Of a DNA stretch of 64,000 nt, positions 1 to 11,017 are shown piece after piece. The notes beneath the pieces were generated by a model, which saw only the letters and a list, made by a program, of their open reading frames with translations, had not been told where the DNA came from and did not search any database. The position numbers and the translations under genes were made by a program. The first letter of the stretch is position 1. Each line of letters opens with the position of its first letter. The stretch covers positions 1,398,453-1,462,452 of the forward strand of contig ML978122.1 in the NCBI GenBank assembly GCA_010015805.1, read 5' to 3'. Origin of the DNA: Rhizodiscina lignyota (taxonomy: Eukaryota).

Positions 1-2
1 AT

Positions 3-869
3 TTGTGGCAAGAGAGCTGGTATTTCGATTTTGCCGACATTCACCAGGACTTCGGAGGCTATGTTCGGACAGGTGTTGACCCTGCACGGAACCGCACATG
101 GTATACAGCTTTGCTGTGTGGCCCCGATCGTCCGACTATTGCAGTTGTAGATTTCAAGGCCCCACTTCCGGACGAGGATCTCAAAATACAGACCGATAAT
201 TACACCGCTACGCATACTGTTGAGGATCCCCTCAAGTCATTCAGGGTTACTTTACACGGGGAAGGCGAAGCATTTGATGATCCCTCACACCTGCTGCAGA
301 AGAATCCCAAGGGACGACCTGTAAAGGTTGCTCTGGATCTGGTCTGGAAGACAGATGGCACCCCTTACCAATATCGCATCGCAACACGCTATGAGATCCC
401 ATGTTCCATCTCCGGCACTGTCAGCATTGACAATGAAACCTTCTCTTTTGCTAACTGTCCTGGCCAGCGCGATCATTCATGGGGGTCGCGCGACTGGTGG
501 GCGCTGGATTGGGTCTGGAGCGCTGTCCACTTGCGCGACGGCACCCACATCCATGGAGTCGACCTCCGCGTGCCAAACAGGCCGTGCATGTATATTGGAT
601 ACACTCAAGGCGCAGGCAAAGAGATAGGAGAGGTCAGCAAGTGTATGTGTGAAGAGGCGATTGCGGAGAATGGGCTTGCAACTGCGACAAAGTTGAGCAT
701 TGAGCCAGAGGGCTTGGTGGTCGAAATGGACATCATGGGGCATGGGCCATTGAGGCTAGAGGCCGATGATGGAAGAGTAAGCATGTTTCCGAGGGCATGG
801 GGGAAGGTGAGAACTGCTGATGGCCGCGAGGGAGTGATGTGGGCAGAATGGAATCACAATTTGCGCTGA
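3..869 (+). CDS. 5'-truncated protein; C-terminal AttH/lipocalin-like beta domain of the type fused to aminoglycoside/choline-kinase-like phosphotransferases in actinobacteria
   Basis: Open frame from the window start to stop 869. Motifs WQESWYFDF, RYEIPC, GQRDHSWG-RDWW and FPRAW...WAEWN recalled from mycobacterial phosphotransferase C-terminal domains. No intron in the visible part. Confidence 0.6.
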   Translation: MWQESWYFDFADIHQDFGGYVRTGVDPARNRTWYTALLCGPDRPTIAVVDFKAPLPDEDLKIQTDNYTATHTVEDPLKSFRVTLHGEGEAFDDPSHLLQKNPKGRPVKVALDLVWKTDGTPYQYRIATRYEIPCSISGTVSIDNETFSFANCPGQRDHSWGSRDWWALDWVWSAVHLRDGTHIHGVDLRVPNRPCMYIGYTQGAGKEIGEVSKCMCEEAIAENGLATATKLSIEPEGLVVEMDIMGHGPLRLEADDGRVSMFPRAWGKVRTADGREGVMWAEWNHNLR

Positions 870-966
870 CGTGAAGCGAAACTTGACGTTGATCTTCTGC
901 TGATATCGCAATATGTACTAGAGTCGCCAAGTGTACTCGAGAGCTATTCCTGTTGGTGCCAATACA

Positions 967-2397
967 TTATGGAAACAGTTCCTTTATACCCCCTTTGGGC
1001 AGTCTGATCGTCCTTCCTTCCTTTTCGCCTTTGTACGCCGCAGTTGCAAAGCTGATGACACCGTTGGTCAAATCATAAACCCAGTAGCCGCTCTTCAATT
1101 GCGCAATGCCAATGAAGCAAGGGTCGCCCGTTGCCTCTACAGGGATTACAGCAAGCGCACAGGTGGAAGGATCACCGCCTGGAGCAAGACGATCTGAAGG
1201 CCAAATGAGTTCTGCTGCTGGAATAGTGAACGTGAAACTGTATCCTTGCTTGGCGAGTTCAGCATCAGAAAGGCCTTTATCGGTGTGCCTTGGGTCCACA
1301 AAGGTAAGAGATAGCTTATTCTTAGGGTTGTTCCTCTCGGAACAGGAAACCTGGTAATTTGACGTCGTGCTATTAAATAATGCTTCGGGGAATGACTTGA
1401 GAAGAGCATCGAGCGTGCTGTTGAGGACACCAAGGACGTTTGCTCCGGTGGAGATAATGCAGCTTTCACCTTCGGGCGTCTTCACAAGGTTCTCGCTGCT
1501 ACTTCCGAGATGCATCGCTGATAGGGCCAAATTCCAGCGCTCTGGGACTGATACAACTTTCGTTGAGTTGATTGCGACCACTGGCAGCGTCGTGAACTGC
1601 CCAGTGTAAAGACTTGTGTCGATCCCACCGAACGTAACTATCCCAGGAGGAAACGTATTTGGATTATTGTCCGGACCCATAGATGGGTCTAGCCAAACGC
1701 TATAAGTAGCACTATCGTAAACTCCTTCCCTCACGAGACTCTCGAGGAAGTTGGGGTACTGTTTGAAAGTGCCAGTGCGACTGCCGTCTTGTTGGTTTGG
1801 AGGGCTGGTTCCAAAATCGGCGACTGGAAATGCACTTCTGTTTGTGACCGCCATCGTTTGATGCTTGATATGAATATTTCCTAGGGTCAAAGTATCTGAG
1901 AAGTACTCGCCCGTGTCTTCCGGATCATCTTGAATGTGAACGAAAGTCCCATTTCCGAAGCCATGGAACGTTGCCGACGTCGTATTATCAACTGATATAT
2001 GAGATGAGCGACAATCTAACTCAACTACATGAGACTCTTTCAGGGCGGATTACTCACATGTACTACATGTTTCCACAGGAGTTGCCGCTTTGCAGGCTTC
2101 AAGGTACAGTGGATCGGTGTTTGAGTGTAGCAGAATGTCGGAGTACATGGTATCAAATACCATCTTCTGTGACTGAGGCGGCATCCCAACTGCAACGTTA
2201 ATCGCATAGAAACCACCAAAGTCGTCGCTCGGTATCCATGGTAGCTCTAGAGACAAAGGAGAGGTCTGATGATGGCTCGATCTCCGTGGGGATTTGTTCA
2301 CGCGCTGAATTTGAGTTCCTTGGGAATCCAAAGAGACGAATGCGACGGCACCATGAAGAAGAGCCGTAATTCCGAGGACCGATGAAAGTAGAGTCAT
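967..2397 (-). CDS. Secreted pepsin/yapsin-like aspartic protease homologue with degenerate catalytic motifs (2 exons)
   Basis: Signal peptide MTLLSSVLGITALLHGAVA. FYAINVAVGMPPQSQKMVFDTMYSD, YSVWLD...TFGGIDTSLYTG and FIGIAQLKSGYWVYDLTNGVISFA are A1-family landmarks. One intron at about 1990-2056. Confidence 0.85.
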
Positions 2398-3650
2398 GAT
2401 TGAGAACGTCTCGGAAGATACGACAAGATGCAGGAACAATCAGGGAGAGCCCACATAACTTACCTCAACCTCCGGGACGCCTCTGCCCTGCCTTTATGCT
2501 CTGGGATGAGCCCAGAGCACGCTCTTCACGCGGAGAATTGCCTCGCTCACGCATCAGCTATCAATACGAGAAAATGATGCATGAGACATCTGAAGAATGC
2601 CGAAAGTTGAAGATGGGTCCTCTCGCCGACTCACGCTGACCACGCTAACCTCATTAGGAAAATTCGAAATTTCACAACCTTGGACGACCTGCCACTTCCG
2701 TTAAATAGTGAGTGAGAAATCGGCTTTCGGGTATCTGACTTTACTTATGACGAATCTGGAAGAGGTAATTTTGGGAACTATATAATGATTCTGGATCGTA
2801 TTCCGTGCTGCGCGGAGCGTAGCGCGGTGCACGGATAGCGTGCGTAGCTGCGCGCTGCGCAGCGATGAGCCAAACAATGAAGAACTACAGCTAATAAGTC
2901 AACAAAAAAATAAAACAACGCGTAGTTTCTTAAAGAAAAAGAAAATACCATTTGGATACTGAAAAAAGGGGGAATTTGGAAAATAAAAGTGCAAAACCCA
3001 ACTGGCTCCCCGAATCGAAGGCTTCGACTCGGGGAGACAGTAAGGAAAACCAGACTGACTAAGTTTATTAGGAAGGGCGGGGGTCCTTTGCGGTTATGTC
3101 ACTAGTTATTCAGTGCATGTCGAAAAACCACATGAGACCTGAAACTTAACTTCAATATAGCTGTTCGAATTTGCTGTTGCTCGTAGTGTCAGGAGTGCCC
3201 AAAACGTCCTAGCGCGTGAGCACGTGCATTCGTGTATTATGATTTCTCCTTCAGAGATTTCTCTCTCTTCAAACAATCCACGAGATTCACAACTTCGTGC
3301 TTGCTACGTGCCTCTTCGATACTTAGCACGAATGGACCCTAACACACTATCATGTGGCATAGTCGATGTAATACCCTACAGCGCTGAGGCATCGACAGTA
3401 CTTTGCCAGCTAAGATAAGTCGTGGCCGAGCCCACCAGCCCTGGCACAGCCTCAGCCTGATTTCGCTGCTCGGCTGCTGTCTATCGGCACTGAGGAGGAG
3501 GAATCTCCTGCAGTCTCCAGCCTGGTGAAAGTTTGGATGACACCTACCCAATGCATGTTTCTCATCTATTCTCATGACGGCGAGTCTGTCCATTATTGTG
3601 ATCTCTGTCCCGGCGTTGGTGCCGTTTTCCCTATCGCCAAGTAATCCACG

Positions 3651-6192
3651 ATGGGCGCGCTCAAGACTTTTCGAAACTGGATCTTCCGGTTTTGGACCAC
3701 GATCCAAGTTCTGCTAATGCGATGCTTGAAGTCCATGTCCCCCCTGCTGCTGCAATTTACGAGTGCTACCCGTGAAGGGACCCGCCAGCTTGTGCATGGC
3801 ACCGTAGAGGAAGAGCCACGGGTTGTCATGAAGACCGTCGAGCGCACTACACCGAGTCATCGCATTGTCCATCCAGTCCGGGTGCTTGCAAGGACAATGC
3901 TAGTCTTGCAGCACTGCAGCATCCACATCATTCCGATATTTGCGACCATCACCCTCGCGTACCTCAACCTCGCAGGCTTCTTCATAGGCGAGAACCTTGC
4001 CGGCAGTACTGCGGGGATCGCTCAGAATATGGATCGACTGTCCTTACAGGTTGTAGCTAAGCTAGTTGTGGGTATTCGCGAGAATCTACGGAAGCTTGGG
4101 CCGCAGTTGCTGACGAGTCCATAGGAACTATTCATCATCGCGTCTCTGGGAGTAATCATCCTAGATGCCATCAGAGATAAAATGATGTATGGCGGAGAGG
4201 GCGTTCCCCTCGGCCTCGTCACTGCGCCATTTCGTATTGGGGATATTAGCTTTCTCTTCTCGCACGAGTTCCGGGCCGGCTCTAGAGGTTTTCAACGTAG
4301 GCGTACGCGATGGATGTTTGCTCTCCTCATCGTTGGCTGCGCCTTAGTTGCCATATTTGTCGGTCCGTCCACTGCGTTGTTGCTTATACCGTCATTCTTC
4401 GAGAGCTGGCCTGGAGGCGGCGCTTCAATCTGGTTGAAAGGCGTCTTCCTCCCTAACACTTTGGACGTCTCCTCAAGTTGGGATCCACGATGCATGTCTG
4501 TCACTCACAACGCAACCCTTCTCAACGATAGCGACAGGTCTCTGGCGTCGTGTCCTTGGGCTGGCTTTCCATATCTTGCCGAAGCGCTTGCACAGTCAGT
4601 GTTCAGTCCCGGCGCGGTGTTCTACAGCGATTACATCTCTAGGCGGGCGATCACACTCTGGTGGGGAGGTTCTGATATTCCAATAGATACAGTAAGGATG
4701 TCCGCCGTTGGAATCAACGTTGCGGCTGGCGCTGTCGCCCAAACCATTGGCGGAATATGGTGTGATGCAGTATTCAATGCTCCCCAAGCGGCCCCCGGTC
4801 ACCGCCTCGCCAATCTACATGAGCGATCTAGGAACGGGTCAAGAGGAAACCTAGACAGCCCACTTCCTCTTGTCCGGACGGAGTGCTTCAACGCGTCGTA
4901 CTTTGCCAATCTACTGGAGGAGCATGGGTTGAACATGAATAGTACTTTACCTGTGAGTTGTCTCGTCCCGTCTTTGCTGCGAGTTCTATCTCTAAACGCC
5001 TTACCGACAGTTCCCGGTTATCACCGATATTCCAACACCTCCACTGGCCGCATATCTCATTCCAGTAAACACTTCACAGGCACGTAATATTGGTACACAA
5101 TGGATCCCGATTCCGGATGGGATTTCGAACACAACCTACGGCAATACAACCAACAACTACCCGAGCGCATTCTTAGTGATTCGGAACTCCAGCCTCCCTA
5201 TGGTCGACCCGACAATCACCTGCACCGTCGAAGCTCAGTGGGCACCAGGACTCATCAACCACGACTACCTTTGCTGGGGACCGCAAGGGCTGGAAGGTTC
5301 ACTTACAGACCATTATGGGTCTATGATAGATTGGGCCGTGACTCGGAATGTACCAGCATCTGGCGTCCCAGACTTCCAAAGTATCCCCAGCTGGGAGCAT
5401 GTGAGCCTTACAATGGACTGGCTCAACCTCTTGACTCCTGCGCTGGACCTTAATCGGACCGGTCACACTACTTTGGCTTCTGTTCTGGAGAGCTTACCAC
5501 AAAGAGGCTACTTATTCCAAGGCGTGCAGTCACCTTTCATTGCTATCAATGCAATTGTGGCCAGCTTTGTTGCGGACGGCATGTCTCGGGTGGGATTCTA
5601 TGAGAACAATATTGCCGATCTCAACTCGACGACAATGTGCACCAAGGTCGATGCGCCGCCCAATCCAGGCAATAACCTGGGCGATCGACAGTCCTGCCTT
5701 TGGCAAGCCTCTAGCAACAGCTGGTTGAATCTGTGGAAGGACATTCTAAACTACAAGGTTCAATTAACACCGTATCCGCCCCCCACACCAAACACAGGCC
5801 ACCATTTCAGGTACTACGTGACAGTCACGGGGTGGGGAATACAAGCAACAAGTGTTGCCTACTACCTCGCCCTCACTGTTCTCTTCGTGTATGTTGCTAT
5901 AGCACTTGGGCATATCGGCTGGACGTTTTATCGCGGGCGGATCAGTAACACTTGGAAGTCACTCACGGATTTTCTTGTGCTCAGCCAGGCGTCGCCCGCG
6001 CCTGTCGAGACTTTGAAGGATACTTCGACAGGTGTGGGATCTCACAAAACACTCAAGACTCAGGTGAGGATCAGGAACAACGCTCGCGTGGCGCAAGGGC
6101 AAGAGACGCTGCAATTGCTCTTTGGTGAAGACGGTGAAAATGCGCTGCTAGAGCAGGTACTGGACAATAAGCAGTATGGGGCCAAATTGTGA
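3651..6192 (+). CDS. Fungal hypothetical multi-pass membrane protein (about 3 exons)
   Basis: ORFs 3651-4124, 4182-5087 and 5176-6192 can be joined by short GT-AG introns (about 4070-4123 and 4953-5010). Hydrophobic segments lie near both ends (LQVVAKL..ELFIIASLG; YYLALTVLFVYVAIALGH). Start codon uncertain. Confidence 0.65.
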
Positions 6193-6802
6193 AGATGAGG
6201 TAGACCGCTCAAGTAAGTTGCAATTGGTTATCAAGCCAGCTTTTTAAACGTAAACTCGCCAAGAGACGGTGATGGATCAAGGTTGTCATAAATGTGCCGC
6301 CTTGAACAATACATGGTTGGAGCCGAGCTGGTGCGCTCCGTTTGCTGCAGGTCCCCACAAGTACTTGGACCCCCTTTTTTGTCTTCTCAATCCCCTCGTC
6401 CATCAACATTCAATATCCTCAAGCGTCTGCCGCGTCCGAGCCGGCGCCGGGCGAGACTGTGCGATCAGCAGACTCCGCGCTGGCTCCGACACCAGACCAG
6501 AGGCACAAGGAGGGTGGCGCCGAGTTGTCGCGAGTCCTCCGCCTCGTCGAGCCTGCCTCCTACACGTGCGCCGCAGCCGACACCTCCGCCGCTATTAGCT
6601 AACGCGCATAGCGGCGGAGGTTGTCCCTGGAATATCCTATTTAGCTCTCAGAGTGATACGAGGTCTACGGAAGAAGCGGTAGGATTTCCGAACTGCCGAC
6701 GGCCGACTAACTTTCGGCGAACTCCCTGGTGTTTGTCCGAGTCATCCGTCTGCTTGAAATCATGTGCTTGCTTGCTCACACAACTCACTGCTGGACATGC
6801 GT

Positions 6803-9800
6803 CTATGCGTCTGTCTTGGGCTTCCTCAGGCTCCACTTAGGTACAGAGCGCCTGAATATGCTCTGCCTCGCCTCGCCTTTGGTCGGCTTTGCACGCAATG
6901 TATCGTCAAGCTCGGCTACTGCCACTTCTTTGCTCGTTTTATCGACCGAGGTCAGACTGCTGTTCGATTCAACCGAGGATAAGTTCGTCATCGTCGCCTT
7001 GCTGCTGGTAGTTGTTGACATCGTCAACACCGTTGCGGGAGATTCCAGCTCTACTGGTGACCTGCCATCTTCCATGAGTTCTGACACACTCTCCCAAGCA
7101 TCTAGCTCCACAGCTGCCTTATTCGCGTCTAGTTCAGATAAATTGCTCGCATCTAGTTCAATTGGGACCATGGGGCTCAATGGCGCCTCTGCGGTCTTGT
7201 CGAAACGATTCATATAGATGATATCCTGGAGTCCGGATCTGAGTCTTGCGAACCGGAAGCCAACCGATAGTTTCTTCAATGGTATGAGCCTGTCTACCTC
7301 GTCGTGTACGTGTTGTTGGAGGAGAACTTCTTTGCCGGAGAAGGTCTTGGTCGTTGCTGTTGTGTAGTAAACAGCCGCATCTTCGATCTGCTTCACCGAA
7401 ACGTATTTGCCTTGGTATCGAAACGATCGCTCCAAGATCAAGATCATATCGCAGGAGCATTTGAACAACATTCGAGCTGTGGGAGGGGATGCCAAAACGC
7501 ACCCGATAGCGCCAACGATAATCCCAATGCCCAAAGTTGGCACGGCAGTACCGACTGCAGCAAGTGAGACCGCACCAAACTGCGCTAATGTCACCTTCAT
7601 GAAACTCTTCAAATTCCCCATCACAACCCTCGACATGACCTCCTCAATCTCCTCTGGTGCCGCTTTGGGGAAGCCGAAGCACTGAAGAACGTGCTCGCAA
7701 ATGATTCGTGAAACTGTCGGGGTGCCTATCATGCCGGAGAATGGTAGAGGTACCATTGCTGTTCTGATTGCATGCGTACTTAAGCGCATGCACTCTGTGA
7801 TGGCGCTATCAATCTTCTGCGTCACATCCATAACTTGTGCTGCTACGCAGAACAAACGTACACGTTCATCCGCGATCAAGTCCAGGGTCTGGCTGAGGAG
7901 TGCGCGGACTCCAGCGTCATCGTCTGCCCCTTCTGTGAGCTATGGCGCGTCTCACAGAACCTCCGCACTCACCTTTAGAGATGCAACAGTAGCCGTCCGC
8001 CTTATAATGCTCGACTTGCGAGAGTTGATTTCTAAGCTTCCCGAACTGCTCGTTTGCCATCTTGTCTGCCTGCTCGTTTGCTAGCCGACTAGCTTCTTTA
8101 TAGTCATCCATCTTCTGCATGTACTCTTCCAGCAATGACATCTTTCGGAAGGCTACAAGCTTGTCCTTCTTCGTACCAACGACGAAGACGGGAACATGGT
8201 GAGAGAATTGCGCAATTGTCTGAAACGTCCGCTTGTCCGCTTCTTCTATCCGAGAGACATCTGAGTCGACGCAGAACCTGAGCAAGGATCAGCAAAAACA
8301 AAGCGTAACAGAATTGCGCGATATACCAAATGACATGCAGCGATTCGGCGGGGTCTTTTTGAAAAGCACGATGTCGTAAAAATTTGCCAATCAGGTCGAG
8401 CTCATGGTCGCTTCCTGCTTGCCATCCTCGCGAATCATGAATAAGCAATCCCGGGTGATTGGGGCTTTCGAAAGCCTTGTCGATGTCGTGTACCCCTTGA
8501 CTATAGTCGGTCGACTCTTCCGTTATTTCAACACCAAACACCTTATTGATCAACGTGGATTTTCCGACACCTGTCTTTCCGCAGACTAAGATTCTGAACG
8601 CTTTTACGCCACTTGCTTGCAATTGAAGGCCTTCCAACCAAGGCTGTATCTCTCTTTCGGCATCGAGACAGCGCTCTTGAAAATCGGCAATCTCTGGTTT
8701 GCGAAATTTGAACAGGGCTTGGTCATACATCTTCGGGTTTCTGTCAAGGATTACGTATAGTGAGGGGTGGATGATCATTCCCCACGGGCCTGCCAGTGTC
8801 CACCCCAGCAAAGCCTTATTAGAATTATTCCATATCTTTCGTTGAGAACCGAAAACTCTGCTGCTATGTTCTAGGCGAATGCTGTGGGCTGAGTCTGTTT
8901 TGCTATCCGTGTGTAAGCTTTGAATATCGAACATGGTGACTCTGATGTCATTGGTATAGCGGAGACGCCATTCAATCTTCTCTTCGCTGCCAAGATTTGG
9001 CGGGTGGCCCATAAACTGAGGAAAGGCCAGCTCTAAGAGCTTTTCCTGGACATCGGGCTGGATTATGAGACCAGCGTTGATGCTTTCCAAGATTATCCAC
9101 TGATATGGATATAAGGAGAGCCCATCATGCGCCGTACCACCTCCAATATCCTGGTGTGAACCCATGAACCAAGCCTGGACAAGAGATCGGCCATTCATGA
9201 CGTCCGCTGATGGAAGATCCAGAATCTCTGGTGCTATTCTGGTCTCGTTGAACGCTAGAGCATGACGGAGAATCTTGACTGACCCTACGAAGGAGATGTC
9301 GTACCGATGCTTCTCGAGGGAAGGTCTGACGGTGTCGAACAGGCCGATGAAGCGTATGGTAGGGGCTTCGTTGCATAGCACTTTGAGCTGTGCAAGGAGT
9401 TTATTCCCATTGAGACTATCGTCGCGGGAGTGTGCGTTTTGGATATCCAGCGCCTTTCGATAGACATCGTAAAACGATTCCATAGACTTAGGGAGTCCCA
9501 TATAGTGAAGAATGGAAGCAACAGCACGAACAATGTACGCGCCTCTGCCAAAGCCGTAGAAGAAAATCTCATCTTGAGGGTGATTGAGCTTGGAGCAAAT
9601 ATCCTTCGTGATATCCTGGATTTGCTGGTCTATGGACCCAACAGAGCGACCCTTGAGTTTGCCAAAGTGCCCATCGCTTACAGCTTGATGGTAGCGAATG
9701 ATCTGGTTGACGCTCCGATTGCGAGCATCGTAACCAGTGCCGGCTGCGACGAGGCTTTTCAACTTGAAGACATTACTCACGTTGCCGTGCCCTGTTGTCA

Positions 9801-9917
9801 TAAGTTCTAGATTTCCAATCACGCAATGAGAGTAATATGCATACCTAAAGTACCATTATCGTCGTAGTCTGAACCATCAACACAGACTATCAGTCGATTC
9901 AGAATGTGTTCGGTCAT
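6803..9917 (-). CDS. DUF2235/Tle1-like alpha/beta-hydrolase domain fused to a P-loop GTPase domain (multi-exon)
   Basis: N-terminal RLIVCVDGS...SNVFKL, YGFGRGAYIVRAVA, FIGLFDTV, RHALAFNE and QAWFMGSHQDIGGG are DUF2235-type. These are followed by RILVCGKTGVGKSTLINKVF, IHDSRG and VVGTKKD (G1/G3/G4). Short introns near 9800-9845, 8280-8320 and 7920-7972. Confidence 0.8.
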
Positions 9918-11017
9918 CGTCAGTCCGTGCGCTTGCACGTGTGTGTCCAGGGATCCCAAGTGAGGGCTACATAGGAGAAGCAGACTTCACTAGACGTGCA
10001 TCTTTATCAGAAGTCGCTTCAGCAATCGCTTCACCGGAGCCGCTGAATATGCAAAGCGTGCAGAAACGAGTGTTGGGCTGATATGAACAATCGCAGAGCC
10101 TGCGAGAGGATTTCCGCTGAAGACAGGAGACGACGATCGTGGGCCTCAGCCAGGGCTCCTTAGGCAGCCTTGAGAGTTCCAAGATCACGGGGATACTTTA
10201 GGCCGAAAGCGCATAAGCCCAACAAGTAACGTACGTAATCCACCAGTGAGCGGGCCATACAAGCGAACGGTCCACTCCATCCTGCTCCCAGATGTTGGGG
10301 AAGATGAGCCAAAGGTCACTGTTTGCGAACACGGATACGCGCGTGTTCCTGCAGGTCGGCGCGTGTGCATGTGATTGGGAAAGCTTCGTCAAGCGTCGAT
10401 GAAACCGACAGATACGAGTGTGAGATGGGCGAATGCGATTTTGCGAACCTCGGAAATTGGAACTCAAAAGAGGAATATCCTACTTGATTTCCTAGACCTC
10501 GATAGGAGATGATGAGCATCACTTCATTGGGATTATCGGGTCGCGCCAGACGCATATCCCCCTCAGCGCTGGACCTAGCATTCCTGGGTTTAGTACCTAA
10601 ACTCTAGCGGGCTATGGCACCTAGCTTCGGGGAGCCCTGGGTGCTAGGAATCCGTGACACAGGTACTTCAGTACCTAAGACGGGGGGTACTTCAGTACCG
10701 AGGCCGGGAATGCCCAGCGCTAAGGAGCATAGCCTTCGACAGCGCAGCACGTATCCAGGCAGGCAAAGATACGAGCAACGATGTGCGAGCGGCCGCACAG
10801 GATCCACAGGCAATCCAAAGACACCCTTAGGTTCACGGTGGCATTTCTCGGAGCTTCGACTTGGGATGGCATCATACTGGAGCCGAGCCAAACTTAGAGC
10901 TACTTCTAGCTCCTCCGGCTTATAGTAATTTTGCGAATTGCTCGGAACGACATCCGAAATATTGTTCTGTGCGTCAATTAAAATGTGTGAGAACACAATT
11001 TCTGTCTCGCGCGAGAA

